A stretch of 64,000 bases of DNA, taken from assembly GCA_964520655.1 (NCBI GenBank), contig CAZFNI010000007.1, positions 6,398 to 70,397 of the forward strand, given 5' to 3'. Source of the stretch: an uncultured Planctomycetales bacterium. Lineage in GTDB: Bacteria > Omnitrophota > Gorgyraeia > Zapsychrales > Fredricksoniimonadaceae. A program made the position numbers and the translations under genes. How positions within the stretch are numbered: position 1 is the first letter of the stretch; every line of letters begins with the position of its first letter. Below, piece after piece: positions 16,530 to 25,459 of this stretch. The notes under the pieces are model-generated. The model did not search any database. It was not told where the DNA came from and was given only the letters and a program-made list of their open reading frames with translations.

Positions 16530-17505
16530 AGGTTTTCCTGTGATGGTGCTGGCCTTTGTTGCGGCGGCCCTAGCCACGGTCATTGTATTGTTGGTCTGGA
16601 TGCTTTTGCCCAAGCAGCGGTTCGTGCATACGCGCTATGACAAGGATCTGGGATGGGTTAATATCCCGAATTTAAATATTTCCGATGCGTTCGGAAAAGG
16701 CGTTTCTATCAGGACGAACGCTCAGGCTTTCCGTAATGACAGGGAATTCTCCATCGCTGTTCCGGCGGGGAAAAAACGGGTCATTTGCCTGGGGGATTCT
16801 TATACCTTTGCCTATGGGGTTGATAATGACCATGCCTGGTGCCAGCAGCTGGCGTTGCTGGACCCGCGCATCGAAAGCGTCAACATGGGGCAGGGGGCCT
16901 ACGGCATTGATCAGGCTTACTTGTGGTACAAACGAGACGGCCTGCCGTTGGACCATCATCTGCAGGTGTTCGCCGTCATTTATGATGACTTTAACAGATT
17001 CGGTAAAAGGTTCCTTGGTTACGAGAAGCCGGTTCTGGAGTTGCACGGAGGGAATTTGACGGTAGGGAATATTCCTGTCCCCAAGCAGTCAGTCTTGCAG
17101 CGGCGGATGGGGCAGATCATGGGAACATTGTATCAGTCCTCTAAGGTTAGCAGATCACAGCAGCGTCGGCTGGCGCTGGCTGTTTTTGAAGATTTGGATA
17201 AGATCAATAAGGGTAAAGGCGGCCGTTTGGCGGTCGTGTATCTACCGACCTATTTCGCGGATATGGGGCATAACAGCAACCGGGAGCTGCGCGCCTTTCT
17301 CAATGATGAACTTTTTAAAAGAGGGATCCCTTTTATCGATCTGACGGACGATTTCGCGCGGCTGCCAAAAGCACAGATCAGGGCGATGTATAATATCAAC
17401 GATCAGAAAGGCGGACATTATACGGAAATGGGGAATGCGTTCGTTGCAAAACTGCTTTTACCGCGATTGTCTGTGCTAATGGAGCAGCAGGGGATAGAGA
17501 GGTAG
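16504..17505 (+). CDS. SGNH/GDSL-like hydrolase or acyl-esterase with an N-terminal membrane anchor
   Basis: Anchor MVLAFVAAALATVIVLLVWML. Block I is VICLGDSYTFAYG (GDS motif), with a later GGHYT near the C-terminus. The start could instead be ATG 16543, which would remove the 26-nt overlap with the upstream gene. Confidence 0.5.
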   Translation: MPPSTRPHKGFPVMVLAFVAAALATVIVLLVWMLLPKQRFVHTRYDKDLGWVNIPNLNISDAFGKGVSIRTNAQAFRNDREFSIAVPAGKKRVICLGDSYTFAYGVDNDHAWCQQLALLDPRIESVNMGQGAYGIDQAYLWYKRDGLPLDHHLQVFAVIYDDFNRFGKRFLGYEKPVLELHGGNLTVGNIPVPKQSVLQRRMGQIMGTLYQSSKVSRSQQRRLALAVFEDLDKINKGKGGRLAVVYLPTYFADMGHNSNRELRAFLNDELFKRGIPFIDLTDDFARLPKAQIRAMYNINDQKGGHYTEMGNAFVAKLLLPRLSVLMEQQGIER

Positions 17506-17506
17506 T

Positions 17507-19570
17507 TTGGCTGATATGCGCAATGTCATCAAATTCGGTTGGCCGCTTGTTCTGTGGATGATCCTTTGCCGGGATCTCATCTGTGGAGCCATTCCATTTA
17601 ACATGGACACCAATACCATTTACGGGGTGGCCAAATTTTATTTTAATAATGTTTTTAACGGCGTTGTCCCCTTGTGGGACCCGTTCGTCAGTCTGGGCCA
17701 TCCGTTCTATGCCTTGTCGATCTGCAATTTGTTCAATCCCGTAACGCTGTTGATGCCGCTCTTGAAGCTGTGCGGCTTGTCGTACAATATCGCCTTCGCT
17801 TTGTATATGACCGCGTATTTCTGGGTCGGGGGCATGGGATTCTATTTTCTATTAAAGAGGCTCCTCAACGATAAAAGCTTGGCCTATCTCGGCTACGTGG
17901 CGCTGTTATTCTCCAGCTTTGGTCTTAGCATGTTCACCCAGTTCACATTCCTGGAGATCGTCGTCCCGGCCATTTGGTTCTTTTATTTCCTGGCCGCGTA
18001 TTTCGATCGGCAAACCAGGGGGCATTTGCTTGGTCTGACATGCGCATTGATGGCCGCGCTTTCGTCCTATTTGCCGTTTTATTTTCTAACGGTGCTGTTC
18101 GTGTTCATTGCCGCCGTTATTGTATTGTACCCCAAAGAAACATGGAGCTACTGCATCCGCTCATTCGCATTCAAATTCCAGCATTGGCCGTTGACTTTTC
18201 TTTGTGCGGCAGGCATTGTCTGTGCCGCCGGACCACTGTTGGCCTATAAAATGCTCGATGCTTCAGGCGACGCTGTCTCTCCCGGACGGCACTGTCAATA
18301 TTCGTCCATCGAGGAGTGTTATAACCGCACCATCAATCATCAGGGCGGCATGCTCTATGAAGAGATCGCCCGCAGCGGCGGACTTGGGGAACGTTTGGAT
18401 ATTGGGTATTTATTCACCCATTTGGATAAGTTGACCTATGGCAGTGATTCGCTTTTCTTCGTTCCGGTATTGATCTATATTCTGATTGTTTTATCCATTG
18501 GTTTGAAATGCAGCCGTTTTAATGTGCTGTTAGTCGCCATGATGACCGGCATCGGCCTGATCGGGCTTGGCAGCGCTTGCGGTCTGCACCGTTTTTTATA
18601 CGACCACGTTTTCTTCTTTAAATATTTCCGAAATTTATTCTTCCTGGGGGCATTCTTAATTCCGCTTGCGATCATCTTCGCGCTTAGGCAGTTGAAAGAA
18701 CTGTTGTTATATAAACCGGCAGATGCCAGCCGTAAAAAGTTCGCTATTGTCGCCATTGTGGCAACCCACGCCGGCATGGCGGCGTATTTATGGCATTTAG
18801 GCGGCATTATCCCGTCGATATGGATCACGTTGGTGTTGAGCGCGGCGATGTTCTCTCTGTACTATGCGGGCGGATGGGTCTGGCCGCTTCGATACTGGAT
18901 GTGGGGGATGGTTCTGCTCATGCTCATTGAGCCCTTGGCGCTCATGCATGCCTATGCGCAAAACGCCGTGGAATTCCGCTGCGTATTGCCTAATGCCCAT
19001 GTGGTCCCGCGATTTTCCTGGGTGCGTCCGGATAAGCCGGCCACCAGCGCCTGCCGCATCTATCAATTTGTCCCCTATGAAGACTTCTGGTATGCCATGA
19101 GCATGACCGACGCCCCGGCGGTGGTGGGATACCCACAGGCCGCGGCGCGCTATGTGTTCATGCTCTCCAAACAATTAGGGGACGTGCCGTTATCACAATA
19201 TGCGAAATATAAAGTGTACCTGTTCGATGACCTGACCTCGTCGGGTCAGGTCATCGACGGCACACAGCCGTCGGTGCGTATCGTGCATTTTGACGTCAAC
19301 CGCGTTGTGTTCGATGTCGATCTGCCCAAGAGAAAGCAGCTGGTCTATAATGACGCTTATACCCAGCAATGGCGCGTTCTTGTCGACGGTCGGCATCAGG
19401 AACTTGTGCGGGCCAGTGGCGCCTTCAAAGGGGTTTGGGTAGAGCAGGGGCGTCACCGGGTGGAGTTCTCCTATCACCCGCCCGGGGGACAATGGGTCTA
19501 TCTGTTAACGACGGCGGTCCTTTTGGTATTTTTCATTATTACTGGGATAATGCTATGGAAAAAAATATGA
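17507..19570 (+). CDS. Family B1: YfhO-like polytopic membrane protein (shorter member, 687 aa)
   Basis: TTG 17507 or ATG 17516 could be the start. N-terminal FNGVVPLWDPFVSLGHPFYAL is followed by many hydrophobic spans. The C-terminal domain YNDAYTQQWRVLVDGRHQELVRASGAFKGVWVEQGRHRVEFSYHPPG is followed by a final TM helix, which is the arrangement I associate with YfhO-family proteins. Confidence 0.55.
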   Translation: MADMRNVIKFGWPLVLWMILCRDLICGAIPFNMDTNTIYGVAKFYFNNVFNGVVPLWDPFVSLGHPFYALSICNLFNPVTLLMPLLKLCGLSYNIAFALYMTAYFWVGGMGFYFLLKRLLNDKSLAYLGYVALLFSSFGLSMFTQFTFLEIVVPAIWFFYFLAAYFDRQTRGHLLGLTCALMAALSSYLPFYFLTVLFVFIAAVIVLYPKETWSYCIRSFAFKFQHWPLTFLCAAGIVCAAGPLLAYKMLDASGDAVSPGRHCQYSSIEECYNRTINHQGGMLYEEIARSGGLGERLDIGYLFTHLDKLTYGSDSLFFVPVLIYILIVLSIGLKCSRFNVLLVAMMTGIGLIGLGSACGLHRFLYDHVFFFKYFRNLFFLGAFLIPLAIIFALRQLKELLLYKPADASRKKFAIVAIVATHAGMAAYLWHLGGIIPSIWITLVLSAAMFSLYYAGGWVWPLRYWMWGMVLLMLIEPLALMHAYAQNAVEFRCVLPNAHVVPRFSWVRPDKPATSACRIYQFVPYEDFWYAMSMTDAPAVVGYPQAAARYVFMLSKQLGDVPLSQYAKYKVYLFDDLTSSGQVIDGTQPSVRIVHFDVNRVVFDVDLPKRKQLVYNDAYTQQWRVLVDGRHQELVRASGAFKGVWVEQGRHRVEFSYHPPGGQWVYLLTTAVLLVFFIITGIMLWKKI

Positions 19571-19788
19571 TCCTAAAGATATTATTGCGCAATGCGCTGC
19601 TGTTCTTGATCGCGGCAGCCCTGCTCTCAAAAAGCGTTGATCGGCAGGAATGTTTTATCAAGCGCGGAAAATATTTATTAGGGATCGTTTATAACGGTTT
19701 TTTCCAGAATGAGCGCGACAAGATCGTGTACGAGGATTATTTAAAGCGGCATGGCAGCTCCCCTGAGATATTCCAAAAGGGGTTATAA
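19567..19788 (+). CDS. Small hypothetical protein (73 aa) with a hydrophobic N-terminus
   Basis: ATG 19567 forms an ATGA overlap with the stop of the upstream gene. It reads MILKILLRNALLFLIAAALLSKSVDRQECFIKRGKYLL... I recognise no motif. The longer track ORF from 19369 lies inside the upstream CDS. Confidence 0.35.
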   Translation: MILKILLRNALLFLIAAALLSKSVDRQECFIKRGKYLLGIVYNGFFQNERDKIVYEDYLKRHGSSPEIFQKGL

Positions 19789-19805
19789 GCCATCGCGAAA
19801 GAGTG

Positions 19806-19835
19806 TTGCCATGGCCTTGTGTTGTCTGCTAGTAT
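19806..19835 (+). promoter_or_regulatory. Candidate sigma70-type internal promoter (TTGCCA, 18-nt spacer, TAGTAT)
   Basis: It lies in the largest gap of the array (19789-19867) and is read directly from the sequence. No experimental support. Confidence 0.3.
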
Positions 19836-19867
19836 GGGGGCCTGTAATTACCCACTAAAGATATATC

Positions 19868-20719
19868 ATGAATCTGAAAAGATCGTTTAGAGATTTTCGC
19901 CGGCAGGTCATCCGCTTGTGGCGCATCAATTCCGCGATACCGCGGCTGCTGCGGTACAATCCGTATACTGGCTTTATCGGACGGAGGCTGTTCCAATATA
20001 TCCCGTTCTTGTTGCCGCATGATAAAAGTTACTACGGCTTCGCGCATCTGGTGCATCAGGGGCCTGGTCTTTTTCTGGATGTGGGAGCCAATGACGGGAT
20101 CTCCGCGATCGGGTTCCGCCACATCCACAGCGACTACGATATCATTTCCATCGAACCCAATTTGTGCCATGAGCGGGCGTTGCGCAAATTAAAACGCCGT
20201 CTGACCCGGTTTGAGTTCAAACTGATCGGGGCGGGCCGCGAGCGTTCCCAGATGACCTTGTATATCCCTATTTATAACGGGGTGCCGATCTACACCGCGG
20301 CTTCCCTGCGGCGGGATTATGTCATGACCACGATGGAAGAGCAGCATTTGCCGGGGCAGAAAGATAAGAGCATTGTCATTGTGGAATACAAAGTGGACAT
20401 TGTCCCTCTGGATGAGCTGGGATTAAAGCCAGACATCATCAAGATCGATACAGAGGGTTTTGACCTGGAGGTGCTGCTGGGACTGCAGCAAACGATCGCC
20501 GTTGCCCGGCCGTCAATATTGATCGAGCATAATCCCGATCTGCTTCCCAAGCTGGAGGTGTTCTTTAAGGAACGCGACTACCTTTTGTTAACCTATGACC
20601 ATCCCTCCGACAGTTTCACTCTTTTTGATAGGAAAAAAGAGCTGGATATTTATCAAAATCAGAAAGTGACGACCAATATTTTCTGCGTCCCTAAAGAAAA
20701 ATCATCGGGCTTATGCTGA
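19868..20719 (+). CDS. FkbM-family SAM-dependent methyltransferase
   Basis: Contains LDVGANDGISAIGF and the signature IIKIDTEGFDLEVLLG. 283 aa. Confidence 0.75.
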   Translation: MNLKRSFRDFRRQVIRLWRINSAIPRLLRYNPYTGFIGRRLFQYIPFLLPHDKSYYGFAHLVHQGPGLFLDVGANDGISAIGFRHIHSDYDIISIEPNLCHERALRKLKRRLTRFEFKLIGAGRERSQMTLYIPIYNGVPIYTAASLRRDYVMTTMEEQHLPGQKDKSIVIVEYKVDIVPLDELGLKPDIIKIDTEGFDLEVLLGLQQTIAVARPSILIEHNPDLLPKLEVFFKERDYLLLTYDHPSDSFTLFDRKKELDIYQNQKVTTNIFCVPKEKSSGLC

Positions 20720-23196
20720 CGGTATTAATATCAGTTGGCCTGTCTTTGCTGGCCTCTTTGTTCTTATTCTCGGACCTGTTCTGGTTCCATAACCAGAGCT
20801 TCATGTGGCATCATGATACCGAGATCCCTTTTGAGAATACCTTTAACATCATTTCATTCTTTTCTCAGGGCGGGGTGCAGCTTTTCGACCCTTTCGACGG
20901 TTTTAATTACGCGTATTCCCATTTAAGCAGCGGGTTTTACACTGTAGCCAATGCCATCACCGCATTTATTTATCTATTGTTCTCTCCGTTCTATAGTGAA
21001 CCCGGGCAGGCCTACCATCATTGTTTCAGTGTTGTGTTCCATGCGGTCACGATGCTTTTGCGCACGATCGGCGGGTATTGTCTGCTTAACCGCATGAGAC
21101 TCAACCGTCCGGTCATGGTCATTTCCCTTGTGATCCTCAATACATTTTTGTCGTCGACGATGTATTTTGGATTATTGACGGATAATCTGTATTCCTATTT
21201 CCCGCTCCTGGCGTATTTTATCGTGAGTTATTTCGAGCATTTCCGCGCCAGGGATCTGGCGGCAGCATTCTTGGTGTTTGTCATTTGCGTCGCCAATTCC
21301 CCATTCTTTGCGCTGGGCTATTTTTATGAACCGGTGCATTTTTTGATCTTAAGCGCCGCGTTGATCGGATTGATATTCTATCGGCGCAGCATCAAGTGGC
21401 ATAAGCTTGGCGAACCGATGCTGTGGATCAAGACAGCGGGTGTTCTGCTGCTGGCGGCGCTGATCTTGCTGCCGTCGGGGATGCTGTCAAAGTCCCTGTC
21501 GAAAGATTTTTATGTGGCTAATTCAGGCATTAATGGGACAGAGGGGCGTTTAAAAAGCATATTTAATCCCAAGAAATATTTCTCGCCAAAATCAGAAACA
21601 TTGATCCCCCTTAAGGAGCTTCCGTTCAAGGTCGTCGATACGACCAATGACTGGTGGGAGAAATCGTGGATATTCTGGGGAGCGGGCATCATTGGGTTGG
21701 CGTTCTTTGGTCTGGTTGCCAGTCATCGACGGGAGAAATATATGTTCGGCGCCGCGATGGGGTTGATCGTGCTCTCCAATACCGCGCTTGATCCCTCTTC
21801 TCCGTTGTCGCTGGCGCACTGGATCAATGCCTTAACCAATCCTTTTGCGTTCTTGTTGCGCAGCTATCATATGCCGATCCTGTTGATGCCCTATCTGCTC
21901 TTTGTGCCTGTGGCGTTAGGATTGCAGGCGGTATGGGACCTCTCTGTTCGGATCAAAGGCCATGTGCATTGGTTTAAAAGCATGGTGCTGGTCGTTGGTC
22001 TAGTCCTCTTATTAAAGCTGGCGCTGACTTTCCCGGAACCGGTCAGAAGTTATGCTGCTATTGTTGCCGGTTTGTTCATTGGACTTGCTGTTGTGCTCAT
22101 CGCACCGCTTGCGCCTAAAGCGCGCATGGTCACAGCGGCGGTCTTGATGCTTGTCATCGCCGGTATCGACAGTAACGCATTGTGGAAATATTATGTCCAG
22201 AATCAATACCATGGACGCTATTTCTGTAAGGACGACGGGCGGCACATCAAGCCGCGGATATTCGATGATTTTAAGCAAGAGGTGCCGCTGATCTTGGAAT
22301 ACCAGGACCCGGCCATGATCCCCTGGCGCGAATTCGTGCGTGTTTTCCCCACACAGACCGCGCCGGCCATGCACAGCGAGCAAAATCATTATGGATTGTT
22401 CTACCGGTATCATGCCTTAGAGCGTTTCTTGCTGGAACCCAATATTTACGCGCCGCGGCCTTATGTGTATAAAGATCTCTATCAAGATACGGAGACGATC
22501 CGTCTGCTGGCCCAGGATCCCCGGTCGATATTTCTGGCGTCAGATGTCAATGGCGGTGCCGTGCAGGACCTGGGACGGCATCTCGAGCGTTTTGAACTGG
22601 ATATGCGCCGGGGGAAATTTGTCACAAAAGAGGGTTATTTGCAAGGGCAGTGGAAGCTTCCGGATGGATTTAATCCTTTTGCCGCGACCGGGGTGTTCAC
22701 GTTGGATCAGGACCTGATGAAGGCAGCCGTTGATGGGGAGATCTATACGCCGGTCCAGGGGGCACTGACCGCTTTGCGTCAATTTGATGTGAACAATATC
22801 AGAAAAGGATATCTGACAGCAGCGCTGCCGCGGGGTTTTGTGGTCAAAGATAAACCGTTGCTGTTATTCTATCACCGCAGCAATGAACTGCTGCGGGTGA
22901 GAGAAAATACGCTGGACCGCATGACGTTTGATTTTCTGGCGAGCAGGGCAGGGTATTTAAAGACCAGGATCGCCTTCAATGATCAATGGCGCGTTACTGT
23001 TGACGGCAAAGAAGTTACACCTGTGAAGGTGGACAAATATTTCCTAGGCGTGCCGATCTCCCAAGGACAGCATACGATCACATGGCAGTATGGCGCGGGG
23101 AGCATGTTACGCGTATGGATCATTGTGTCCATGCTGTTGACTTTCCTGGTGTTGGCTGCTGTTTTACGTTTTTCGATCAGAAGTTCTGCCTTTTAG
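20713..23196 (+). CDS. Family B2: YfhO-like polytopic membrane protein (827 aa)
   Basis: Motifs: SQGGVQLFDPFDGFNYAYSHLSSGFYT..LLFSPF and AHWINALTNPFAFLLRSYHMPILL. The C-terminus is AFNDQWRVTVDGKEVTPVKVDKYFLGVPISQGQHTITWQY followed by a terminal TM helix. Confidence 0.6.
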   Translation: MLTVLISVGLSLLASLFLFSDLFWFHNQSFMWHHDTEIPFENTFNIISFFSQGGVQLFDPFDGFNYAYSHLSSGFYTVANAITAFIYLLFSPFYSEPGQAYHHCFSVVFHAVTMLLRTIGGYCLLNRMRLNRPVMVISLVILNTFLSSTMYFGLLTDNLYSYFPLLAYFIVSYFEHFRARDLAAAFLVFVICVANSPFFALGYFYEPVHFLILSAALIGLIFYRRSIKWHKLGEPMLWIKTAGVLLLAALILLPSGMLSKSLSKDFYVANSGINGTEGRLKSIFNPKKYFSPKSETLIPLKELPFKVVDTTNDWWEKSWIFWGAGIIGLAFFGLVASHRREKYMFGAAMGLIVLSNTALDPSSPLSLAHWINALTNPFAFLLRSYHMPILLMPYLLFVPVALGLQAVWDLSVRIKGHVHWFKSMVLVVGLVLLLKLALTFPEPVRSYAAIVAGLFIGLAVVLIAPLAPKARMVTAAVLMLVIAGIDSNALWKYYVQNQYHGRYFCKDDGRHIKPRIFDDFKQEVPLILEYQDPAMIPWREFVRVFPTQTAPAMHSEQNHYGLFYRYHALERFLLEPNIYAPRPYVYKDLYQDTETIRLLAQDPRSIFLASDVNGGAVQDLGRHLERFELDMRRGKFVTKEGYLQGQWKLPDGFNPFAATGVFTLDQDLMKAAVDGEIYTPVQGALTALRQFDVNNIRKGYLTAALPRGFVVKDKPLLLFYHRSNELLRVRENTLDRMTFDFLASRAGYLKTRIAFNDQWRVTVDGKEVTPVKVDKYFLGVPISQGQHTITWQYGAGSMLRVWIIVSMLLTFLVLAAVLRFSIRSSAF

Positions 23197-23203
23197 AGAA
23201 AAA

Positions 23204-23234
23204 TTCAAGCAAATTTTTTGAGAATAGGTATAAT
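23204..23234 (+). promoter_or_regulatory. Candidate promoter with a perfect TATAAT box (23229-23234) only 6 nt upstream of ATG 23241, suggesting a leaderless transcript
   Basis: The sequence reads TTCAAG(19 nt)TATAATgcccctATG. There is no Shine-Dalgarno sequence before the ATG. The -35 element is weak. Confidence 0.3.
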
Positions 23235-23240
23235 GCCCCT

Positions 23241-24662
23241 ATGCAACAAACGCATTTTGATTATTGTGTGGTGGGCAGCGGCCCAAGCGGTCTGACCGCG
23301 GCCTATAAGCTTCTTAAAGGGGGCAAAAGCGTCCTGCTCATTGAACGCGATGACCGCATCGGCGGTTTGGCCAAAAGCTATGAATATGACGGCCACATCT
23401 TCGATACCGGCCCCAAACGTTTTCATACTGACGATCCCGTGGTGCTGGACTTCATCCAGGAGATCACTAAAGGCCATATCGCCACCATCGGCCGCTCGAC
23501 CAAAGTTTTTTTCTTAGGCAAATATTTTGAATGGCCCCTGCAGACCAAGGACCTGATCAAAATGCCGGCGGGTGTTTCTTTTAAATGTGCCATCGATTTG
23601 CTGAAAAAACGTCCGATCACCGATAAGGCCTCGTTTCACCAATTCATCAATTCCAAATACGGCGAAACACTCTACGGCGTTTTCTTCAAACCATATACAC
23701 AGAAATTCCTGCGCTGGGATACGGAAGACATCCATTCCGATTGGGCTTCGACAGGCATCAACCGCACGGTCATCGATAAACGCATCAATGCCAATTCACT
23801 ATTGGACCTGTTCCGTTCTTTGCTGCTTCCCGCGAAAGTAGAGACTGAATTCTTATACCCGTTAGAAGGCGGCTTCGGTGGTTTTTATGAACAGATGCTG
23901 GGGCTTTGCCGTCAAATGAAAGGTTTTCACCTGCAGCTATCCGACACGATCGTTCAGCTGAAGGATACTGGAAAGATCTTCGAAGCCCAAACCGCTGCAC
24001 GGCAGAATTTCACGTTCACGGACTTGATATGGACGGGGAATTTAAACGCGTTAAGCGCTGTCGTTGCGCCTAAGAATACGAACGTCAGTTATCTGAATAC
24101 GATCTTTTACAATGTGATCTGTAAAGAAGAGGGCGTCGGCCAGCAGAAAGCACAGTGGATCTACGTCAGCCGTGGGGATAGTTTGATCAGCCGCATCACC
24201 TGCATGAAAGAATTTCTGCCTTATACCTGCCGCGAGGGCTATTACAACATGATCTGTGAGTTGACGGATTCTCAGAAGGTTCCTCATTATTTTAACGACC
24301 CGCAGGCGCATAAAGACGGCATTTTAGATGAGTTGGCAGGGATGAGATTCATCCGCAACAAAAAATATGTAGATGCGGTGCATGTGGAGCCGGTCAAGGA
24401 CACGTATCCGATCTATCACCGCCGCTACAGCCATGATTTTGCCAAAGTCAAGGCGGGCATCGCTCAGTTCTCCAAACGCATCCATTTGCTGGGCCGCTGC
24501 GGTGCGTTCTGGTATAACAATTCCGACCATTCCATCCGTTTTGCCATCGAGACAGCGGACAAACTGCTGGGTGCTCAGAAAAAAGAATTCGATTACCGGG
24601 ATTATTTCGGCGGTCTTTACGGAGCCGGTGCTCATCAGGCGGAAGAAAGCGTCACCACATAA
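23241..24662 (+). CDS. FAD/NAD(P)-binding oxidoreductase (amine-oxidase / protoporphyrinogen-oxidase-like fold)
   Basis: The Rossmann N-terminus DYCVVGSGPSGLTAAYKLLKGGKSVLLIERDDRIGGLAKS..FDTGPKRFH begins right after M at 23241. The track extension from 23082 overlaps the upstream gene and is rejected. Confidence 0.7.
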   Translation: MQQTHFDYCVVGSGPSGLTAAYKLLKGGKSVLLIERDDRIGGLAKSYEYDGHIFDTGPKRFHTDDPVVLDFIQEITKGHIATIGRSTKVFFLGKYFEWPLQTKDLIKMPAGVSFKCAIDLLKKRPITDKASFHQFINSKYGETLYGVFFKPYTQKFLRWDTEDIHSDWASTGINRTVIDKRINANSLLDLFRSLLLPAKVETEFLYPLEGGFGGFYEQMLGLCRQMKGFHLQLSDTIVQLKDTGKIFEAQTAARQNFTFTDLIWTGNLNALSAVVAPKNTNVSYLNTIFYNVICKEEGVGQQKAQWIYVSRGDSLISRITCMKEFLPYTCREGYYNMICELTDSQKVPHYFNDPQAHKDGILDELAGMRFIRNKKYVDAVHVEPVKDTYPIYHRRYSHDFAKVKAGIAQFSKRIHLLGRCGAFWYNNSDHSIRFAIETADKLLGAQKKEFDYRDYFGGLYGAGAHQAEESVTT

Positions 24663-24675
24663 GCCGGAGGTTGTG

Positions 24676-25452
24676 ATGAAGAACATTCTTGTCGTCGGCG
24701 GATCCAGCGGGATCGGCGCGGCGACGGTCCAATTGCTTAAACAGCAGGGTTTCCATGTCCAAATAGGGGATATCCGCAAGCCGGGATCGGATACGGATTT
24801 TGTTACGCTGGACATAAGCAGCCCCTCGGGCTATGCCAATGCCCTGGCGCTTTTTAAATCCTCCCAGAAACGTTTCGACGCGCTTGTCATCACCGCGGCC
24901 ATGCACAGCGCATACCCATCTGAATATGTCAGCGACCAGATAATCGACAAAGTCCTGGCGGTCAATTTGACCGGACACATCAAATTCGTGCGGGACATGA
25001 TACCGCTGCTTAATCCCAACAGTCGCATCATTGCTGTTTCCTCGATCGCGGCCGGCATCGGCATCCCCATGGAGTCCCTTTACAGTGCGTCCAAAGCGGG
25101 TCTGGAAATGTTCTATGAGTCTCTTTCCGTCGAGATCGCATACCGCGATATCAGCTGTACGATCATCCAGCCGGGGAACGTGAATACGGGTTTTAATGAG
25201 ACCCATAATGATTTTCCCGGGACAGGCCAGGCACAAGTGGACGGCCCTTACCAGACGATCCTCAAACGCATTGACAGCAGGCTGGGCATGCCGCCTGCGG
25301 ATGTTGCGAACGTGATCGCTTTGGCCGTCAATGCGGCACGCCCCAGATTTTCCTATATCGTCGGACAGAATGCGCTCAAGGCCCACTGGGCTAAACGGAT
25401 CCTGGGCCGCGACCGGGCGCTGGTCGTCATGAAAAAATTTTTCGGTCTATAA
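24676..25452 (+). CDS. Short-chain dehydrogenase/reductase (SDR) family oxidoreductase
   Basis: GGAGG at 24666-24670 precedes ATG 24676. Motifs: MKNILVVGGSSGIGAATV (TGxxxGxG-like), SSIAA..., YSASKAGLE (YxxxK) and IQPGNVNT. Confidence 0.8.
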   Translation: MKNILVVGGSSGIGAATVQLLKQQGFHVQIGDIRKPGSDTDFVTLDISSPSGYANALALFKSSQKRFDALVITAAMHSAYPSEYVSDQIIDKVLAVNLTGHIKFVRDMIPLLNPNSRIIAVSSIAAGIGIPMESLYSASKAGLEMFYESLSVEIAYRDISCTIIQPGNVNTGFNETHNDFPGTGQAQVDGPYQTILKRIDSRLGMPPADVANVIALAVNAARPRFSYIVGQNALKAHWAKRILGRDRALVVMKKFFGL

Positions 25453-25459
25453 TCTTCCT

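Noticed and set aside
23082-23240. The N-terminal extension of the oxidoreductase ORF, and similar extensions at 24373-24675, 33454-33687, 38397-38498, 12695-12739 and 54814-54840
   Set aside because: The extensions lie inside the preceding genes and encode non-homologous sequence. Internal starts give canonical N-termini (GxGxxG, or colinearity with paralogs), often with an RBS or a 4-8-nt stop/start overlap.
24324-25386. Antisense ORFs 24324-24815(-) at 163 aa and 24652-25386(-) at 244 aa
   Set aside because: They are antisense to the FAD oxidoreductase and SDR genes, both of which have clear Rossmann and catalytic motifs. No motif is visible in the antisense products.
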